In this document: piece by piece, positions 1 to 13,615 of the stretch | Position numbering within the stretch: position 1 is the stretch's first letter | Layout: every line of letters starts with the position of its first letter | Assembly: GCF_006345805.1 (NCBI RefSeq) | Contig: NC_042997.1 | Span: forward strand, 2,418,001-2,482,000 | DNA: 64,000 bases | Origin: Octopus sinensis | Taxonomy: Eukaryota | Direction of reading: 5' to 3' | Notes under the pieces: generated by a model | The model's database searches: none | The model's input: only the letters and a program-made list of their open reading frames with translations | What the model was told of the DNA's origin: nothing | Translations under genes and position numbers: made by a program

Positions 1-36
<36 letters not shown>

Positions 37-76
37 ATGTGTGTGCGTGCGTGTGTGTGTGTGTGTGTGTGTGTGT
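1..76. repeat. (GT)n microsatellite
   Basis: Direct reading. One of dozens of (TA)n/(CA)n tracts; only representative ones are listed. Confidence 0.98.
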
Positions 77-477
77 ACATACACACATAAAGATACTGAT
101 TTATGAGAAGTTTTGGTATCCAGGAGCCGCAAAATGGCAGAAAGACTATGTAAGTCCTACGGAAGAACCGTAGTTAGACTCCCAGTTCAATAATAGTATG
201 AGTGAGGAGTCTAATGCGGCTTGCGCGTGACCATCTTTATGTTACATAAAACGAGATGACAAAGCCAAAGCAGTGGGGAATTTCTAAGACATTTATAAAG
301 AGAAAGATAATCTTGCAGCTGTTTCATGGATATGAGTGATATCTTTTCAACAGAGACGATATCAGATAGCTAGATAGAGGACAATAGTATAGTTGAATAT
401 AAGAAGTTATTTAGGAAAGGGCGAGATAAAAGAATTATAAAAGGAAATAAGAGAATAAAAGTCCATATTCATATGCC

Positions 478-1871
478 CTGGCTTATTTCCCATTTTTAAG
501 AGGGATTAGCCACAGCAAGACACACCAGGTATTCCATTCGTTTCCTAGATCAAAGTGATGAGACCTTCCTATTCTCGCGTCATGACATAGAATGCAACTC
601 CGAATATCAGCAGCGTGACCGGTTGGCATATGTTGGTTTACACCCGCCGCATCATGCTGGTTCCGTACCCCTTAAAACAACATGAAATTCACTCATCTGT
701 CCACAAACACTCTGCAAGCTTTCCTATCATTTATAAACTCATTTGCCTCTCTCACTCCAACACCTCTAACCACCAATCCTTTCCTCACTCCCTCCATCTA
801 TACAAACCGAATTCTACCTCTGGCTCTGCTGCCTACTACGTCAGCCTTCATCACCCGCCTTACCATCCGCTCCTTATATATCCTCTCCATGTGGCCAAAC
901 CACTTCAACATCCGTCTATCCAATTTGGTAGTAAGTTTTTCTCTCATACCTGTTCCCTTACGCACTTCTTCATTCTTCTTCCTGACCATCCGTGTCACAC
1001 CAACCATAGCCCTCAGGAATCTCATCTCAAACACATCTAGTCGCCTTCTTTCAGCCTCTCTCTGTTCCCAAGTCTCTGCACCATAGAACACTGTCTGCAC
1101 AATACCGCCCTGATATACATCTCTTTTCTTTTCCCTTTCATACTCAACCTTTTATCTCTCAGCATACCTTTCACAACACCAACTATCTTACTCCTCTTTC
1201 CAAACGTTGAATACCACATCCTCAGCCAACACTATCCGCTGACACATGTGATCCCAGATACTTAAAATCACTCACCTCCTCTAACATCTCACCATTTATG
1301 CTCACATCCATCCTACCAACCATTCTATCTCTCGAATGTAGCTTACTCTTAGCTACATTCACTTTCATTTTCCTTCTCTCACACAACCTTCCAAACTCTA
1401 CCAGAGTCCCCTCAGTTGTTCTTCCGAACCCCCCCCCCAGTACTCTATCATCAGCAAACAACAGCTGACTCACCTTCCATTCCTCTCCATTTTCTCCCAC
1501 CATTTCAGCTCCCCTACCAAGGATTCTAGCATTTATATCATTCACAACACCAGCCATATATTTAATTTAACAACCAGGGAAACATTACACAATCCTGTCT
1601 TAAATCCACCTTCAAATCAAACTACTCACTTACTTCACCACACACCCTAACGCATGCGCAAATTTCTCTATAAAAACTTTGAACAGCTCTAAACAATCTA
1701 CCACCTTCCCTATACAACGCAAATCCTCCCACATTGCGTCCCTATCCACCCGGTCATATGCCTTCTCTAGGTCCACAAAGCCCCAATACACCTCCCTCCC
1801 TTTTGCCAAAAACTTCTCTGCCTTACTACAAATATTTGATCTGCATACCCCCTTCCGCCCCTTCCACGCCT
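478..1871 (-). mobile_element. RTE-clade LINE, 5'-truncated and frameshifted (RT C-terminal half plus 3'UTR)
   Basis: Minus-strand fragments read FVDLEKAYDRVDR (~1740-1780), LLFADD and FKYLGS (ORF 1222-1557), and YGAETW...FEMRFLR...LKWFGHMER (ORF 798-1100). The 3'UTR matches the copy at 27.6-28.1 kb. Confidence 0.9.
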
Positions 1872-1920
1872 AAATCCAACTTGCGCCTCTTGTTCCTCTA
1901 TTTCTCTCTCTTCTCCCCCT

Positions 1921-2000
1921 CCTTAGTACCTTTGTTCCTCTTTTCTCTCTCTTCTCCCCTCCTTAGTACCTTTGTTCCTCTTTTCTCTCTCTTCTCCCCT
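1921..2000. repeat. Exact 40-bp tandem duplication (pyrimidine-rich)
   Basis: ccttagtacctttgttcctcttttctctctcttctcccct occurs twice in tandem. Confidence 0.95.
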
Positions 2001-2188
2001 CTTTAATTCCATTGCCCCTCTTTTCCTCTCTCTTCTTTTCTCACGTGACCGCTGGCCAACTATAGCCCTTTCGCTTCCGACCACCGTCACGATAACACCG
2101 CATTCTTCGTCTGCCGGAAGGCCTAATTCTGAAATACGCTAGCTGAGTTCAAAACGTCTCTGGTCGAAAGACGCCTGTTGTTATGTCC

Positions 2189-2190
<2 letters not shown>

Positions 2191-2281
<91 letters not shown>
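2191..2281. repeat. (TTA)n microsatellite
   Basis: Direct reading. Confidence 0.98.
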
Positions 2282-2592
2282 GATTTTGTATATATATTCG
2301 TATTATTTTTTTTTATATTTATATTCGTGTAACATCGTCCGTTTTTCTGTCCTTGTTTCGTATACATTCGATCCTTTTTCCAAGAAATCTAATGATCGTA
2401 GCTTAGTTTTTCCTTGGGACTGGCGAGATTGGAGCAACCTCAAGATTAATCAGCCGAAATTGCAAGGATGATCCGGTTCTTGACGGAAGATTAGAGGCTT
2501 CGAATGACCCGTCCGTGTTTTTTGTATCGTCTATTTGAATGCTTTGCGTTCTTGTCCCATTTTGTATACATACACTACACACACACACACAC

Positions 2593-2644
<52 letters not shown>

Positions 2645-2781
2645 GGAGCTGTACTCTCATAGAAAGTAATTTGATCTGAGATCGTGTGCTGAAACGAAAA
2701 CAATTGCAGCGTGGAAGGTGTTTATAAGCCATTTAAGAAACACACAAAAGCCGTTCGATTCACTTCAACATTTAAGTTTTA

Positions 2782-2831
2782 TTTGTCAATATATTTTAGT
2801 CGCTAAAATCCGCGACCTGTTCACTGACAAA
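2782..2831 (-). ncRNA. Degenerate minimal hammerhead-like motif with a G3:C8 core variant
   Basis: Minus strand reads UUUGUCA-GUGAACA-G-GUCGC-GGAUUUUA-GCGAC-UAAA-AUAUAU-UGACAAA, giving a 7-bp stem I and 5-bp stem II. G12 and U16.1 are non-consensus in this copy. Confidence 0.5.
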
Positions 2832-3576
2832 GTCCGTGCTGCATCTAAGAAAGTAACAATTAGTTCGTCATATATATGTACGTATGTATGTGTGTATGTA
2901 TGCATACATGTGTGTATGTATGTACGTATGCATGTACGTACATACGCCTGTGTATGCATGTATGTATGTATGTATGTATGTATATATGTATGTGTGTGTA
3001 TATGCACGCACATACACTCTATAAAACATAAAGCTATAAACCTGTAGCGATGGATGGATGTAGAGTGACCACTCATCACAAAGCTATCAAATTTCAAGTT
3101 CCTACGGCCGAAGCTCGAAAGTGATTTATGACGCTTACTCCCAAAACTATACCCTAAAATCTATTATCAGATCTTTATCTCTATATCACAGAACTATTGT
3201 TTTACTATTGTGCGTATGTATGTATGTATGTATATATGTATGTATGTATGTGTGTATGTATGTGTGTATGTACATACGTACGCATGTGCGTATGTATGTA
3301 TACGCGCTCGTATGCATGTGCCCATGTATGCGTGTGCGTACATGTACGTGCGTATGTACGTGTGTATGCCCATACGTAGGTATGTATGTATGTTTGTATT
3401 CATGTGCTACGTATGTATGTGAGTGTCTAGGAGAATGGGCAGACGTGTCAGTGTGTACATGTGTATGTGCATGTGAACGTATGTCCGTGTACTGGCATGT
3501 GTCCGTCCAAGTTGTGTACATGACTGTTACTTTGCTGAAGGTTGTATACATATTCACATATATGTTTGTATAGACG

Positions 3577-3612
<36 letters not shown>

Positions 3613-3724
3613 GGTGTGTGTTTGTTCCTCTCATCATCGTCTAACCGTGAAAGGATACAACGCCTAAGTGCAACTGTACGTATCAAACAACGTCCGCTCA
3701 TACCGTTGTATATAACTGCACATA

Positions 3725-3795
<71 letters not shown>

Positions 3796-3989
3796 TATAT
3801 ACACGTATATGTTTCTATATGTGTTATGAAACAACTAAAAATATTACTATTTAAAATTGAAAAGTTAAAAGTTAAGACGTTGCAAAGTCAAATTAGATTC
3901 TTCGGGATTATCCAAGGTGTGTTCGCTATATGTACTGTGTTGTGATTTAGCTTTCATTTAGAACTGTGGTAAAATTTGAAAAAAGATTT

Positions 3990-4370
3990 TAATTTGTAGA
4001 AAGCTTAGGCCCTCATTATATTTATATAACAGTATTTTAAAATTGTGCTTAAAGTCTGAGCGCTGATTCTGGTATGGAAAGCCTGAATCTATTAAGAACC
4101 ATCTTATGTTTTATGGAACATTCCTCTATTTCAGATGATGTATGTGGCTGGCGAGTGTTGTGTATTTACTGTGATTCTTATATCTAAAAGAATTGAGAGT
4201 GCAACTTATCGTAGTTTAAAACCTATCGTTGATCCTATATACATATGATTGTAGAATTGTTTAGCGTATTGAGAACGGTGCATTTGTAAATTAGGTTGAC
4301 CTTCTGCAACGGGTTTGTGGGGGGTAAATTTGTCTCAGGGCGGCAGTAGAAAGTAGTGCATTGTGGGGAT
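3990..4370 (-). pseudogene. Penelope-like element GIY-YIG endonuclease remnant
   Basis: Minus strand, with frameshifts and stops: KVNLIYKCTV.../HMYIGSTIGFKLR*/NSFRYKNHSKYTTLASHIHHLK*RNVP*NIRWFLIDSGFPY. This is the PLE-type IY...YIG-T...FK-R pattern. Confidence 0.75.
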
Positions 4371-4448
4371 TATTGTTAAGAATGGAGCAATACTGTCTAG
4401 TGAGAAGTTAGAGACGGGGTATATTAGCCTATGTTGTTTATTATTATA

Positions 4449-4511
<63 letters not shown>

Positions 4512-4531
4512 GTTATTATTATTATTATTAT

Positions 4532-4960
4532 CACAAATATCTTCGCATAGCTTCTAACGCTGTAGATGTACTACGTAGTCAGCTGTTCACTACAAGTGAA
4601 CTAAGGTAACATCCTTTATTTTTCGAGCACCTTCCGGCGTATTGAAGCGGTTCCAAGCAGTGCTATTTTCTGCAAGTCTTGCACCCTCATTGCAGCCCCT
4701 ATTTGTTCCACGTACTTCTCAAGATTTTTACTCACTGTTCCTAGGGCTCCGACAGTTATTTGTACAACGACCACCGTTTTCATCGACAACAACTGCTTAA
4801 CCCCATAAGGTCACCTGTCATATCTATCGATTTTTCTTTCTTCCTTATCGCATACCTTGTCAGCTGAGCATGTTATACCTATGATCCAGCATAGTTTGCT
4901 TTGTTTCTCACTTCAGACTATGTCTGGCTTCCTATTTTCTATCTCATGGTCGCACTGCAT
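4532..4960 (-). mobile_element. R4/Dong-like non-LTR retrotransposon 3' end (restriction-like endonuclease) ending in (TAA)n
   Basis: Reads QCDHEIENRKPDIV...CWIIGI...VGALGTVSKNLEKY...LQKIALLGTASIRRKVL*, then a short UTR and the (TAA)n tract at 4437-4531. Confidence 0.85.
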
Positions 4961-5093
4961 CGTTGTCATCTGCTGGTATTGATACATCAATTAGAAAATA
5001 TTTTTTACTTCATGATATCTGACAACTCTATCTGGCATATTAGCCTTAATTTCTCAATCCGTGTATATTGACATATACCAGAGTATGGGATAT
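4961..5093 (-). mobile_element. Second RLE-LINE fragment, same family as 58.2-58.7 kb
   Basis: Reverse complement matches gagaaattaaggc..ccaga.atagttgtcaga.atcatgaag..ctaattgatgtatcaatacc.gcagatgac at 58.28-58.37 kb. Confidence 0.75.
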
Positions 5094-5229
5094 CATCATC
5101 ATCATCATCATCATCATCATCGTTGTTGTTGTTGTTGTTGTATGGGCTACGATATTAGGGAAATATAGAATGCATAATATCAATAATGAATGAAAAAATA
5201 CGAGGGTGAAAATACAATTAAGGAACAGT

Positions 5230-5690
5230 CACACGAAGAACTGCACGGTGAATATTTTAAACACCTGAATGAGGAAGCGGTCTCAAAAAGAGAGTCATTG
5301 AAATTTATAGAACAATTCATAAAAATTCTCAATGATGGATAAAATATTATACGGTATTTACAAGACAGATGAAAAAAGCCATGCAGATATTGTAATTTAA
5401 CTAAGGAGATATCGAACGTATGGCAATACAATGTGGAAAAATATCACTAACGAAATATAAAAAGAGACACGATGAGATAACCAAGATAATTTTTGCAAAC
5501 CTACAAGAGCAATATAACAACAAAAACCAGAAAATCAGAGACTTGCAAATAGAAAAGTTATCAAGTGAAAAGTTTAAGATTTTAGTAGATAGCCCAATAA
5601 TAACACCAAACCATATAGAAAAGGAAAACCTGATATTGCAATATTTGACCACGAAAGAAACGAAACAATAATAATCAAACTTGGAATAAC
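5230..5690 (+). mobile_element. Degraded RLE-LINE fragment (zinc-knuckle region)
   Basis: LHGEYF...PCRYC...QCGKISLTKYKKRHDEITKII fits the CxxC...C...YxxRHD pattern of R4/Dong-type ORFs. Confidence 0.65.
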
Positions 5691-6722
5691 ATCGAGAAGG
5701 TGCAGTTTTTATTCCTCTACACCGAGTAAAGCGGTTTTCTCGACAGTTCCGTCATGGCTTCTACATGTAATTATATGTTAAGCTAATTCTATGTTAATGT
5801 ACAAAAGTGGTGATCCAGCATGGCCACAGTGAAATGACTGAAACAAGTAAAAGAATAAAAGAATGAAAGTACTGAATTTATTATAAATATAGAGTGTAAA
5901 CGTTTCAATTGTGATATTTTCATCAACATTGACCGTATAATTACCATTTTCCAGATATTTTTCAAATTAAAAGTGAAGAGAAACATAAATCATAACACAT
6001 TCAAAACGATCTAGATGACTATTCATTCTTATTCCTTAATCTACAAATTCTCCGAAACATTCTTAATGAAGGGATCGAATACTCATTTGACGAACTAAAG
6101 TGGCCAACATTTTGTTGACTGCTGAAAAAGATATAATTTGCTTATATTGAAATGAAACTTTATCGAGGCTGGAATGCATAAAGAAATAATACAAATATTT
6201 TATTTGGTACCCATTTTGGGTCCTGATATATAGAAATAAACAAACATATTTAGCCCATTTAAAGAATGATTAGAAAGTGGTAAAATAAATTCACGATTCT
6301 CTATAGAACACTGATATTCTAGAACAAAATCTAGTGCCAATTTACCACTGAACAGTTTTAATAGTAGCGCAGTGGGACACATGCAATGAAACACACACAC
6401 ACAAACACACATATATACTTACACACACAAACACACATATATACATACACACATACACACATATACACATACATATATCTATAATGTATATATATGTGTG
6501 TATGTAGATAAAGTAAGAGAGAAAGACAGATACTTGGAGAGAATGAGAGAGAGGTATCAAAAGCTAAATATTTAATCAGATAATGTTTTTTTATCATATT
6601 TTATTTTATACGTTGTTATATATATTTATCTATATGTATAGATATATAGATGCCTACACTAATATATATGTGTATAAATTAGTGTGGATTTTTATTTTTA
6701 TACATATATGTATGCGTTTATG

Positions 6723-6795
<73 letters not shown>

Positions 6796-7709
6796 ATATA
6801 AATATATAAGCACATATACAAATATACGTATACGCACATACATATGCAAGTTTATGATTATCTATATATATATAATTATATATGTGTATGTGTGTGTATA
6901 TATACACACACGCATATATATACACATAGAAACATATATACATACATACAAACATGCATACATATGCTCGCTTATATGCAACTTAATACACAAAATTGCT
7001 TGTAAGGAAGGTTTTAATGGAAATAATATGGTCACACCAGCATATATTTGATGGTATATGGTTATATATGTAAGCTTTTATGTATAGAATCTGTTTTTCT
7101 ATACAGTGGGTGACAAAATGAAAAACGCGAAAATAATCTTTAATGGCCAAGATAAGCTATACACACATTAATGTACATCGATAAAACAATATAATTATTT
7201 ATAGGCAATCAATAATTTCATCACAAAGTGCAGCGTTACTCATCCGATCGCAAGGGAGAAATGAATAGGATTTGGCTAAATAAAATGGCTTGGATTGGAA
7301 AGCAAGGAAGGTGACAATCTCTACTGAGTGCTATACAAAGCAAACATCGATTTTAGCTATACATTGCTAATTGAGTCATGAATACACACCGATTTAATTG
7401 CAAAGTGTAATGTCAGAAAGTTAAATTAAATTGAATCAATACAAATGGAAAATATAAAATAACTTTAAAACAAATCTCGTGCAGCAGCATCTGCTGCTTC
7501 TAATAATACCTCTCATGCTACATCCACAAAAAAACTAATACATCTACTATTTCTACTACCATTGCCACTAATAACAACGACGATAATAATTGCAAATATT
7601 AAATATCACTTAACCGAATGCTGTAAGCTAGTACAAAAGAGTGTACTCGCAGGCATGATTGTGTCGGTAAGGGAGTGCATTCCGTTGTTGGCAGAATGTA
7701 TGGATTCAA

Positions 7710-7845
7710 AGTGACAGAAAAGTGATCAGAACACGAGCTACAGGCTGTCCTATTGAATGATAATTACAGGATTTCATGGCATTTCTCCATAAAACCTGTC
7801 CTTGCTATTGAAGCAAGTAGACCAGATATGACTGTAGGAGACAAA
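7710..7845 (+). mobile_element. RLE-LINE fragment
   Basis: VLLNDNYRISWHFSIKPVLAIEASRPDMTV, a W-F-I...RPD motif, next to (AAC/AAT)n. Confidence 0.55.
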
Positions 7846-8134
7846 ACAACAACAATAACAACAACAAACAACAATAATAATAATAATAATAATAATATTA
7901 ACGTTTGCAATATATTATGTTAATAGAGTGGATAACAAAGCAATTAGTTATCAATTTATTCACCTCCCAAGACTTCGCTAGAGAACTGAAGATTTTGTGT
8001 AAATATAGGTGACAAGTATCACTCTATTAATTCTACATTTTGCACAAAATCCAAATGCTGCCTGCATAAGAGACTGAAATACAATGGAATTGTCGCATGC
8101 ATTCACTTAGTATTATTATTGTTGCTGTTGCTGT

Positions 8135-8188
<54 letters not shown>

Positions 8189-8282
8189 TACCACCACCAC
8201 CACCACCACTACCACCACTACTACCACCACCACCACCAACACCACCGCCACCACAACCAACACCACCGCCACTACTACTACT
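8135..8282. repeat. Compound (ACT)n/(ACC)n microsatellite
   Basis: Direct reading; explains the poly-T and poly-V ORFs. Confidence 0.95.
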
Positions 8283-8781
8283 GTAATCAATCGTGTTTTG
8301 TCTATCTTTTTGATTGCAAAATTACTGATTACTGTAAAAAAAGGCTAAAATGATTTTCACAACATTTGACAGAAATACATATCGAGCAAGAGGCTCGAAA
8401 TGATGAATATATGGTTTGATTGCCTTAATAACAAATCCTCATAAGCAAGTGATCATATTATTTTATTGACTTTTTTTCATGTGGGTACATGATTGTCTGA
8501 GTGCGTATAGATCACCTATGCGCGTAGACACGTGTGGGCACATATATACATATATACATACATACGTACATAGATATGTTACTGTGTGTGTGTGTGTGCG
8601 TGTGCACATTGATGGATTTCAGGCTTTCTTGATTTCACCGAAGTGAAAATAGCTGAAATGATGATACTTAAAAAAAAATTAAAATCAAAATTAATTCAGT
8701 TCAATGGAAAAACATGGGTAGCCAACGCATTGTAAGCTATACAATAATTTGCAGAATACGCACACACACACACACACACAC

Positions 8782-8838
<57 letters not shown>

Positions 8839-9019
8839 ATATATATATATGTAAGTATGTGTCTGCACGCAGGGTATGCATAATCCTCTTGAAGCCTTTC
8901 TTTTTGCACTATTATTATTTTCAGAAATAGCAATTTGAAATTAGAAGTACTTGGTATGATCAGTAGGTTGAAAGGGTGCTTACGTCTGAGGAATGCAAGA
9001 TTTCACGGGATTTTCTCAG

Positions 9020-9846
9020 TTATACTACAAGATAACAATAACAAGCCGGACATAATAATAGACAAGGTAAACAGAAGATGCTTAGTAATTAATCCTTCAT
9101 GTGCATTTGATTACACGATTCTGAAGAAGATGGGAAATTAATAAGTTTTATCTCCGAAAATTGAAAATTGTGAGAATTTAGAGTATGAAAACTGTAAAAG
9201 ATATGTCTGTAGTAATTGGTGATTATAGAACTGTGAGTTATAATATAGACAAATGATTGTAGGAGGTTGGTATAGAAAGTTCTGTATAGATTCTAGGGAA
9301 TGATAAAGGAAAGATTACCAAAAGGGATTTGAGCACTTGCAACCTCGTGGATATTTAAGGTTACAAGTAGTAAGGCGTTACCGGCATGGATTCTATCAGG
9401 AGTGAGAATAAGCCTAAATAAAATCAAACAATATTATAATAATAAACGAACCAGAAATTAGAAAAAAACAAATACACCAGATATTACAATCATAGAAAAG
9501 GAAAAGCGAAATAGCAGATTTATCGACACATCACTCCACTTTAATTTCAGGATCGTAAAGAAAGAAGAAGAGAAACAAAGAAAATACAACCCCTTACAAT
9601 TTGAAATAAGAAGAATGTGGAGCATGGTTCAGCTAAAAGGCGGTGCTCCAGCATGGCCGGAGTCAAATGACTGAAACGAGTAAAAGAGTAATGGTCGTGC
9701 CTGTAATAATTGGTGTGTTGGGAACAATAAGCCACGATGTAAATAAATGTCTAAAGGAGGCTGGAATGGTATGCCCGGTAGAGCTCCTGTAGAAACTTTG
9801 CCTTTTAGGGACACGAAGGGATATCAGGCGGGTTCTAAGCACTTGA
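9020..9846 (+). mobile_element. Two degraded RLE-LINE 3' fragments (9020-9340 and 9690-9846) separated by a SINE tail
   Basis: NKPDIIIDKVNRRCLVINPSCAFD, then VVPVIIGVLGTISHDVNKCLKE...KLCLLGTRRDIRRVLST*. Confidence 0.65.
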
Positions 9847-9965
9847 AAGATTGCTGAAAACTTGTGGATACAAAAGGTTACAGTAAGAAAACCATTGTCC
9901 ACATAAATCCTACGACGAATAAGACTAAAACTGAAACGAATTAATAATAATAAAAAAATATCACA

Positions 9966-10014
<49 letters not shown>

Positions 10015-10119
10015 ATGTTGCTGCTGCTGCTGCTAGTACTGCTGGAGTGGCTGATGATACTACTACTACTACTAGAGCTATTACTGATAATGATGAAGAT
10101 GATGCTGATGAAAATAATG

Positions 10120-10158
<39 letters not shown>

Positions 10159-10337
10159 GCCCTGGTGCAGTACCAAGCAGTGACCCTCATGGCTTCTGTT
10201 CTTAACTGATTGGAGGTGTTATCAGGTACATTGCTTCCACTTGGTGTAAAAGACGGACTACGTTAAATATCCTGCTCAATACCAAAGATTTGCTTATCAG
10301 TTGTTTGACATTAAACAGTTTAGCATGTCCGTTTGTC

Positions 10338-10630
10338 CTTACGTTCTGATTTCAATTTCCGCTGAGATCGACATTGATTTTCATCCTCTCGGATACGATG
10401 AAATAAGTACCATTTGAGCACTGGAGTCAATGCAAATGAGTAGCCCTCTCCTCTTAAATTTGAGACCTCATGCTTATAGTAGAAAGGTTTACTATCATTG
10501 TTGTTGTTGTTGATGCTGCTGTTATTGCTGTTCCATACGGCGAGCTGTTATCGTTAGCACGCTGGGCGAAATGCTTAGCGGCATCTTGTCCCTCTTTACG
10601 TTCGGATTTCAGTGGACTTATCAACCTTCA
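10338..10630 (+). mobile_element. Two degraded fragments of SINE family A
   Basis: ttacgttctgatttcaatttccgctgagatcgac...tttcatcc...aaataagtacc and ggcgagctg..atcgttagcacgctgggcgaaatgcttagcgg match the reverse complement of the 30.7 and 35.4 kb copies. Confidence 0.75.
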
Positions 10631-11527
10631 CCAACATTTCATGCTTCATTTTTGTTCCGAATAAAGGCATGGGATTTGAAAAGTAAGCTTGAAATCTTGG
10701 GAGAACATCTAATAAGCAACCAAAAGTTATTATACTCAATTTATGATACTGCATCTGCTGCATGTGGCTATGCAGCTACCGGTCAGGCGTACTGAGTCAT
10801 ACGCTTCAAATGTGATTATATTAGATAGATTATCGGAGAAGTAGACAAGAGATGAAGGTACATACGCTTCAGTCTGACTAGAGAAAGACTGTGTAATCTA
10901 TAATACAACACCAATATCAACAAATGGATGTTATGTACGCATTACCCTCATGAATATCAAAGATTTGAAGTACGCATACGAAATTTCAGAGATAGCTTCT
11001 TATCAAAACATTTTATCTATTCTTCTTGAAATAGTTTCTACATATAACCCATCAGTATAATTTTTATCATCAGCACACATCTCAGAAAATGTCTACCCAT
11101 TGCAGGGAATATTATCTTTAAGAAATAGTGACGGCATTTTCTTTAAACTAGATATCACAAAATTTCTAATTTCGGATCAATTTTCTCATGTATTATATCT
11201 TTATGGAGAAAAAACAAATTAAAAATCTACATGTTAAATATTGCATAAAATTCCAGTATTTGTAGTCTGTGGAAAACAATAAAAACACAAAGTATATTAT
11301 TCATATTTGTTTTTAATGCTAGCACTAACAATACATAAAAAGTAAAAATCATTCATACAAAATAAAACTTAAACAATTCCATCAATAAAAGAAAAGCAGT
11401 CAGAATCGTATTCTTTTTTGTTTCTTAGCTCAAAGACAAGGTTGCATAAATGAATAAAAAAATCAATAGAGATCAATCTATTAGTAACTGCTAGCGCGTT
11501 TCATACAAAAGAATATGTATATGTAAA

Positions 11528-11577
<50 letters not shown>

Positions 11578-13401
11578 TATATATGATATTTCCTTATTAC
11601 ATGCCTGATTCGAGTATTGTTTGTCTCTGTATAAAATACGTATTTATGTGTATTTGTGAGGATGAATATATGTGTGTGTGCGTGCGTGCGTATGTATGTG
11701 TATAAATCGTTATACAATCTAACCTGGAGCGTAGAATATTTTATTCTGAGACCATGAACGTGCACATATTATTTAATTATTTAAATTTTTTTAGCTCATT
11801 ACTCTTTTTAGTCTTATATGCACTGACGTCAAAAATGTTTCATTATTTATTTGTAGATCAAGTGTCGTTTTCTGAAAGGACTGATAGTACTTCTTGTTGA
11901 GACTTTCTATTGATATACGTTGAAAAGTTTGAAGAAAACACTCAATGTTACAGGCAATATATTAATTGAAATATGTTTTTTTCATATTTCATTGCAAATA
12001 TCTCAGATGTTGTAAAACCTCAAGTAATTTCCTTATCTAATTAACATACATCCAAGTCTCCCAAGTCTGCGAAATTTTATATATTATTGTCAATTGATTT
12101 TCTGTTTTGTAATTTAATTGTCACATACTGAATTTTCCTTTATGAAGTAACGACGACTACTTAAAACTTTGTCTATGCATCAAAAATTATAGTACGTACA
12201 TAAAATAAAGAAAATGATGCAAAATCGCGAGGAAGCAAATATTTGTCCAGTAATATTTCAGGAAAATTTTAATATATCAAGTAGCTCACGAGTAATAAAT
12301 CTACATGTAACTTGAATTTCCAGGTATGTATACATCAAATAATTTCATAATTATATTTACATACATTTCACGTTTCAAATGTGTCATTGGTCAACGATAT
12401 CTTTCAGTATCAATTTATTATTCACAAACAAATTACAAAAGTACAGTGATGAAATATGACTCTTAGTTTGTATTCTAAATTAGTTGCTCCCTACGCTATT
12501 TTTCCAGAGGTGACTAATAGGAAACAAAATACCTAATCAGGAAGCATTTATTAATATGTGTTTAAACGTAATGTTGTCTTAATGGAAATTTGCAGCATCG
12601 TATCTAGAATACAGACATGACGTCTCTCAAATTCATACGATAGCAAATGCAAATGCGCCATGTTTGATTTATTTCGCATCTTCCAAACAAATAGTCATAT
12701 AAGAATTTTAGGACTCGGAGAAATAAATGCCTTTTGCAGTCCAAGCGACTATAATAGCAGCTGCAAAATGTCTCTTGAGACTACACTACAGCGATTTAAC
12801 AAACAAGAAAGTAAGAGTAAATAGGTCTGTCAATGGCTGTTTCTCTTGAGCAGAGTTGGAGAGATATTTGCACAGTTCTGATGCCTCTAAAGTTCTACAG
12901 TTTTAGTGTTTCAAAAATATATATTTATAACAAAATTCTGTAACTTGAATATAACAGTATACATTGTGTGCAATCATTTTGTACTACATTTTCAAACGTA
13001 TGGTTCTAATCTATACTTATCTATATTTGACATTAAAATCCAAAGGGATAGACGCATTATGTAAAATAATGATGATATATTAATGTAGGGGAAAATATCA
13101 ATAATTATATAGATTTCCATGATTATGTCCTTCACACGTTCATATTGGTCTTCAAATAGATTTCGTGATGTCGATGAGTCATCCCTTGAGTAAATAATTA
13201 AATTTAATTATTCCTTTATTTCGTTTAACATTGACGTTGATGGATAAAATAAGAGAATTAAATAAAGTACAGGAAAGACAGGTAATAATGACAATCAACG
13301 TAACGATTGATACGATAAGCATGCTATTGACTGATGGAAGAAACATTAAGCAGCAGAGTAAATATAAATCCTTTACGGAATAGTGACAGTTATCTTTCTA
13401 T

Positions 13402-13433
<32 letters not shown>

Positions 13434-13615
13434 AAATTATATATAGGGAATTACTAAGCATAATTGCTGATATCATTCCTCATAAGCAGTACGTGTATAT
13501 CATGGTTAAACTTCTATTGGGAACACAATCAATTTACACTAGCGTATATAGCTGCGTACAGGCGCGCGCGCATGTATATATACATATATATATATACATA
13601 TATATATATACACAC

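Noticed and set aside
2410-2515. Possible hammerhead remnants (CGGAAGA..CGAAT; CAGCCGAAATTGC) in the repeat at 1872-2570
   Set aside because: The core boxes are incomplete and there is no consistent stem I or II; left unclassified.
2178-3701. Numerous ORFs rich in YI/CV/HT, poly-I, poly-N or poly-T, here and throughout the window
   Set aside because: They are translations of microsatellites, not genes.
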